Shown one piece after another: positions 60,280 through 64,000 of a stretch of 64,000 nt of DNA (position 1 is the stretch's first letter; each line of letters opens with the position of its first letter). Under the pieces are notes generated by a model. That model saw nothing but the letters and a program-made list of their open reading frames with translations. It was not told the origin of the DNA and did not search any database. Origin of the DNA: Candidatus Omnitrophota bacterium. Lineage in GTDB: Bacteria > Omnitrophota > Gorgyraeia > S143-82. Position numbers and translations under genes: made by a program. The stretch spans positions 16,976 through 80,975 of the forward strand of contig WGAY01000064.1 of assembly GCA_015494585.1 (NCBI GenBank), in the 5' to 3' direction.

Positions 60280-60989
60280 TGCTGGAGGGGATGAATAGGA
60301 AGTACAACATATCTGGGATAATAGCAATTCTTGGGGTGATTTTTTTCTGCGGCACATTGGCAAAGCTGCTCTATACCGAGGTCCCCTTTGGAAAGGATAA
60401 AATGAATGTGGCCAAGGAATATGTAAAGATGGGCGCAAACTCCACGGGTGCCCAGAATATGGTTACCTCTGTAGTCCTTTCTTTCAGGGCATTGGACACG
60501 CTGGGCGAGGTGACTGTATTGTTTGCCTCTTCTATGGCAGTCGGCCTCTTGCTCCTGCCGGGTGGGATTATGTGGCGGAGGAAAGAGAATTTTGTCCTCG
60601 CATTTGCGAGCAAGTGGATGCCCTACCTCATAGGACTTATCGGTATCTATATCGTCCTTCAGGGACATCTGACACCAGGGGGAGGATTCCAGGGAGGTGT
60701 TATTATCGCAACCGGTATAATGCTCTATTTCCTGCTTTCAGGGGTAGAGATGAAGAGGGATAGGCTGGTCCATATCCTGGAGGCCCTTATGGGTGCGGGA
60801 TTCGTTGGCATTGGTCTCTGGGGCCTCTATAAGAATGGTTCGTTCTTGTATAATTTTCTCCCTCAGGGCAAGGTGGGCGAATTATTTAGCGCAGGTATAC
60901 TGCCTATGCTATATATATTGATAGGGATAAAGGTGGCGAGTGAATTTACGGCTATACTGGCCAGGTTTACCAGCAAGAACGAGGAATAG
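60279..60989 (+). CDS. MrpB-like subunit (fused MbhE-MbhF type)
   Basis: NMVTSVVLSFRALDTLGEVTVLF and GHLTPGGGFQGG. Confidence 0.87.
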   Translation: MLEGMNRKYNISGIIAILGVIFFCGTLAKLLYTEVPFGKDKMNVAKEYVKMGANSTGAQNMVTSVVLSFRALDTLGEVTVLFASSMAVGLLLLPGGIMWRRKENFVLAFASKWMPYLIGLIGIYIVLQGHLTPGGGFQGGVIIATGIMLYFLLSGVEMKRDRLVHILEALMGAGFVGIGLWGLYKNGSFLYNFLPQGKVGELFSAGILPMLYILIGIKVASEFTAILARFTSKNEE

Positions 60990-60991
60990 CT

Positions 60992-61348
60992 ATGAATCTG
61001 GACTTTTATGCATTATCCATATTTTTGATAGGCGCAGGGTTGGCAGGAATATTCCTTAACCGGGATTTTGTAAAGATTCTGGTCAGCATATCTGTACTGG
61101 AGTCAGGGGTCAATCTGTTGCTTATAAGCATTGGTTATGTCCAGGGGAGACTGGCGCCGATATTGTTTTCGCAAGAATTAAAGGCCTCAGCAGTAGGCAA
61201 GGTGGTCGATCCGGTTCCTCAGGCGCTTGTGCTTACGGCGATTGTTATAGGCCTTGGCTTGTTGGCCTTTGGATTGTCCCTGGCGATATGGATGGCAAAG
61301 AACTTCGAGACAACCGATGTCTCTGAACTCAAGAGATTAAGAGGGTAG
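60992..61348 (+). CDS. Mrp subunit C-like (MbhG/MbxG)
   Basis: DPVPQALVLTAIVIG. Confidence 0.9.
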   Translation: MNLDFYALSIFLIGAGLAGIFLNRDFVKILVSISVLESGVNLLLISIGYVQGRLAPILFSQELKASAVGKVVDPVPQALVLTAIVIGLGLLAFGLSLAIWMAKNFETTDVSELKRLRG

Positions 61349-61350
61349 TT

Positions 61351-62817
61351 ATGGAGAAGTTTCTCGTGCTTGTATTCGTTTTACCGCTTATTGCGGGATT
61401 TGTTTCCTATATAGCTGGTTTAAAGGGGAATCACCTTTCTAAGATATTTACGGCCATTGTACTTTTGACCAATCTTGTCCTTAGTTATAAGATCTTCAAA
61501 TATGTAATGGCCTCTGCAGACAATCGCATCATTGCCGTGTTTTCAGGGTGGATGCCGCCCCTTGGTATAAACTTTTATGCAGATAGTATAGCGGTTATAT
61601 TCTTACTGTTTGCGAATCTATTGGCCTTTGCCTCATTATTCAGTGCAAAGCTCAGCTATTCGAATAGATTCCATGGCCTGATATTGCTCCTTACCGCGGC
61701 ATTAAATGGCCTGATATTAAGCGGCGATATATTCAATATATTCGTCTTTTTTGAGATACTCTGCCTTGTTTCGTTTGCCCTGGTTGCCTATTACAGGAAA
61801 GCGGAGTCCATAGAGGCCTCTGTAAAGTATTTCGTCCTGGGCAGCATTGCCTCAGCGATGCTCTTGATAGGGATTGCCCTTATATATGCTAAGACCGGCA
61901 CCCTCAATTTGGCCCAGATTGCAGATATGGCGCCTCAGTGGAGTGGATTGTTCAAGGCGGTTGTATTTGGGCTCCTACTGGTTGGTTTTGGGGTGGAGGC
62001 CGGCATCTTTCCGATGAATGCCTGGCTCTTCGATGCCCACCCAGCCGCCCCTTATCCGGTTTCTGCACTGCTTTCTGGGATTGTGATAGAGGTGGCACTC
62101 TATTTATTCTTGAGGATAAAATCTCTATTTTTTGTGGATCCTTTATTCAGTCTCGTTTTGTTACTCCTGGGTCTGGTTACCTTTGCTGTTTCAGAACTGG
62201 TGGGCTTTTATCAGAGGGATGTAAAGAGATTGCTTGCCTATTCATCGGCAGGCCAGATAGGGCTTATGCTTATGGCCTTTTCTCTGCCCACAAAGATAGG
62301 GATGTTTGCAGGGCTGTTGTTGTTTATAAATCACCTGTTGGCAAAGGGCCTTCTGTTTATATCGGTTGGCTCGATGTCTGATAGATCAGGGGACAGAGAT
62401 ATAGATAGGTTTTCAGAATCTGCCAGTTTTGTTGATAAGGTCGCAGTCCTGGCAGGGGGGCTTTCTCTCCTGGGCGTGCCACCCTCTATTGGATTTATGG
62501 GCAAGGTCCTCCTGTTCATTGCCCTGGTAAAGGCAGGATTCCTTGCCTTTGCTCTATGCCTTATTCCTTTCGTTGTACTGGAGGCCCTTTATGTGATGCG
62601 TCTAGTAGGCCGTACCCTTGCCTCCAGTGGAGATGGCCGTATAGAATGCCCTGGACAGGTCGTTGTGCAGTGGGTATTTACCTTTATCATAATTGTATTA
62701 CCCATTATCGTCAGCAGGATGTCTATTCAGACAGATAAGCTGAACCTAAATGGGTTTAATAAACAGGACTATCTCTATGGGATGGCTTCTCAGCTATTAA
62801 AAGGAGACAGGTTATGA
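61351..62817 (+). CDS. MrpD-like proton-conducting membrane subunit (MbhH/MbxH)
   Basis: GDIFNIFVFFEI, TGTLN, WLFDAHPAAP, KRLLAYSS, NHLLAKGLLF, GVPP..GFMGK. Confidence 0.9.
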   Translation: MEKFLVLVFVLPLIAGFVSYIAGLKGNHLSKIFTAIVLLTNLVLSYKIFKYVMASADNRIIAVFSGWMPPLGINFYADSIAVIFLLFANLLAFASLFSAKLSYSNRFHGLILLLTAALNGLILSGDIFNIFVFFEILCLVSFALVAYYRKAESIEASVKYFVLGSIASAMLLIGIALIYAKTGTLNLAQIADMAPQWSGLFKAVVFGLLLVGFGVEAGIFPMNAWLFDAHPAAPYPVSALLSGIVIEVALYLFLRIKSLFFVDPLFSLVLLLLGLVTFAVSELVGFYQRDVKRLLAYSSAGQIGLMLMAFSLPTKIGMFAGLLLFINHLLAKGLLFISVGSMSDRSGDRDIDRFSESASFVDKVAVLAGGLSLLGVPPSIGFMGKVLLFIALVKAGFLAFALCLIPFVVLEALYVMRLVGRTLASSGDGRIECPGQVVVQWVFTFIIIVLPIIVSRMSIQTDKLNLNGFNKQDYLYGMASQLLKGDRL

Positions 62818-64000
62818 TGTTGCTCGATATGATAAAGGCAGACAACCTTGCTTTCTTCTTTTCTGTACTAACAATAGGATTCTTCGTTGCCAATACTATA
62901 TTTCTGATATTTTCAGGAATAAAGAAAGGAATTGTATTAAATACAATCCTTAGCCTATTTTTAACGATGGTCTTGCTGATGCTCTACGCCACACACAATA
63001 TCGTGATATTCTTCGCCCTCTGGGAGATGGCCACCTGGTTGACCTATCTTTTGGCAAACAACCCCAAAAAGTCCAGTAAATACCTTTGGGCATCGCTTCT
63101 GGCCGAGTTCTTTATGCTTATCGCAGTGGCAAGGACAGTGGCCTATGGTTCATATGACATTGCAATGGTAGCTCATGTGGATCCGCTGAATCTTATAATG
63201 TTCTGTCTGCCGTTTATCGTAAAAAGCGGGATACTTCCATTTAACTTCTGGGTGACAGACCTTTACACGGGTTCAGATAAAAGATTTGTTGCCTATTTAT
63301 CCGCTATTATCGGCAAACTGGGTATCTTTGGCATTTTGCGGGTATTCCTATTGAGCCCTGGCCTTATTCCTGAATGGTTTATCTATACATTTATTTATCT
63401 GGCCGGCATCACTGCTGTTTGGGCCACCTTTAAGGCCGTTGGGAGCGAGGATGCAATTGAGTCTCTTTCCTTTTCAAGTCTCTCTCAAGTTGCATTTATC
63501 TTCGCCTCTGTATTATTAATGAATAAATCCGCCCTGATAGGTGGGTTGGTCCATTATCTGAATCATATGTTGATAAAGATGGGGATGTTTATGGCAGTCG
63601 TATACATATGGGCCAAGACCGGTACTACTGAATTCAAACGCTTGGGAGACTTTGTGTCGAAGATGCCCTTTAGCTTTCTGTTCTTCCTTATGCTTGGAAT
63701 ATCCCTGGCAGGTGTTCCGCCCATGGGAGGTGTTATATCCAAGTGGTTTATGTACGAAGGATTCATCGAAGAGTCAAAGTTATTGGCGGTCTTGTTGTTC
63801 TTCGTGGCCGGGGTAGGCTCGTTCCTTTATGTCTATCGACTCCTTCATTCTATATTTTTGGGAAGAAAGAAGCCAAGTATAGGCCTGGTAAGTGAGATGA
63901 ATATACTGGCCATACTCCCCCTGGCGGCGAGCGCGCTTATCAGCTTCCTTATCGGGGTATATAGCAGGCCGTTTATCCGTTTTGCTGCAAAGGCCCTAGG
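62814..64000 (+). CDS. Second antiporter-like membrane subunit (MbxH'/NuoL-like), truncated by the window end
   Basis: ATG 62814 overlaps the previous stop. Hand translation gives FFALWEMATW, KSGILPFNFW, GKLGIFG, NHMLIKMGMF and AGVPPMGGVISKW. Absent from the ORF track, consistent with no stop before the window end. Confidence 0.85.
   Translation, partial: MMLLDMIKADNLAFFFSVLTIGFFVANTIFLIFSGIKKGIVLNTILSLFLTMVLLMLYATHNIVIFFALWEMATWLTYLLANNPKKSSKYLWASLLAEFFMLIAVARTVAYGSYDIAMVAHVDPLNLIMFCLPFIVKSGILPFNFWVTDLYTGSDKRFVAYLSAIIGKLGIFGILRVFLLSPGLIPEWFIYTFIYLAGITAVWATFKAVGSEDAIESLSFSSLSQVAFIFASVLLMNKSALIGGLVHYLNHMLIKMGMFMAVVYIWAKTGTTEFKRLGDFVSKMPFSFLFFLMLGISLAGVPPMGGVISKWFMYEGFIEESKLLAVLLFFVAGVGSFLYVYRLLHSIFLGRKKPSIGLVSEMNILAILPLAASALISFLIGVYSRPFIRFAAKAL

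Overview
Bacterial chromosome segment in which essentially every gene is on the + strand. In order: (1) the 3' half of a chemosensory operon (cheR fragment, two CheY-like receivers, a CheA without a P2 domain, a PilZ protein, a FliY-like CheC-SpoA protein and a lipoprotein); (2) a tightly coupled mixed run: argD, argF, cdaA, a 33-aa unannotated CdaR-like membrane peptide, lipA, an orphan pilM, folE, cvpA, ccdA, tlpA, cimA; (3) the ribosomal super-operon from tRNA-Thr/rpmG/tRNA-Trp/secE/nusG through rpoBC, str, S10, spc and alpha to rplQ-rpmE, with rpmD (L30) missing from its usual slot; (4) dapL, an LptC-LptA fusion, lptB, a MEMO1 protein, a coiled-coil membrane protein and aroA; (5) an mre cluster interrupted by cysK plus a ~216-bp element with heptamer-periodic inverted arms, and no rodA after mrdA; (6) NIF3-like, rfbD, mutM and a ThiD2-ThiE fusion; (7) the start of an Mrp/Mbh/Mbx-type membrane ion-translocating operon cut by the window end. 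Missing L30, a Cys-rich EF-Tu insertion, Lpt genes and Zn-binding ribosomal proteins suggest a diderm anaerobe, perhaps PVC/Omnitrophota-like (inference only). No CRISPR, rRNA, transposase or prophage genes were seen. The most unusual items are the inverted-arm element in the mre operon, the TM-only mini-CdaR, the tRNA-Trp overlapping the rpmG stop codon and the EF-Tu four-Cys insert. All product calls come from recognising motifs by eye; no searches were run.
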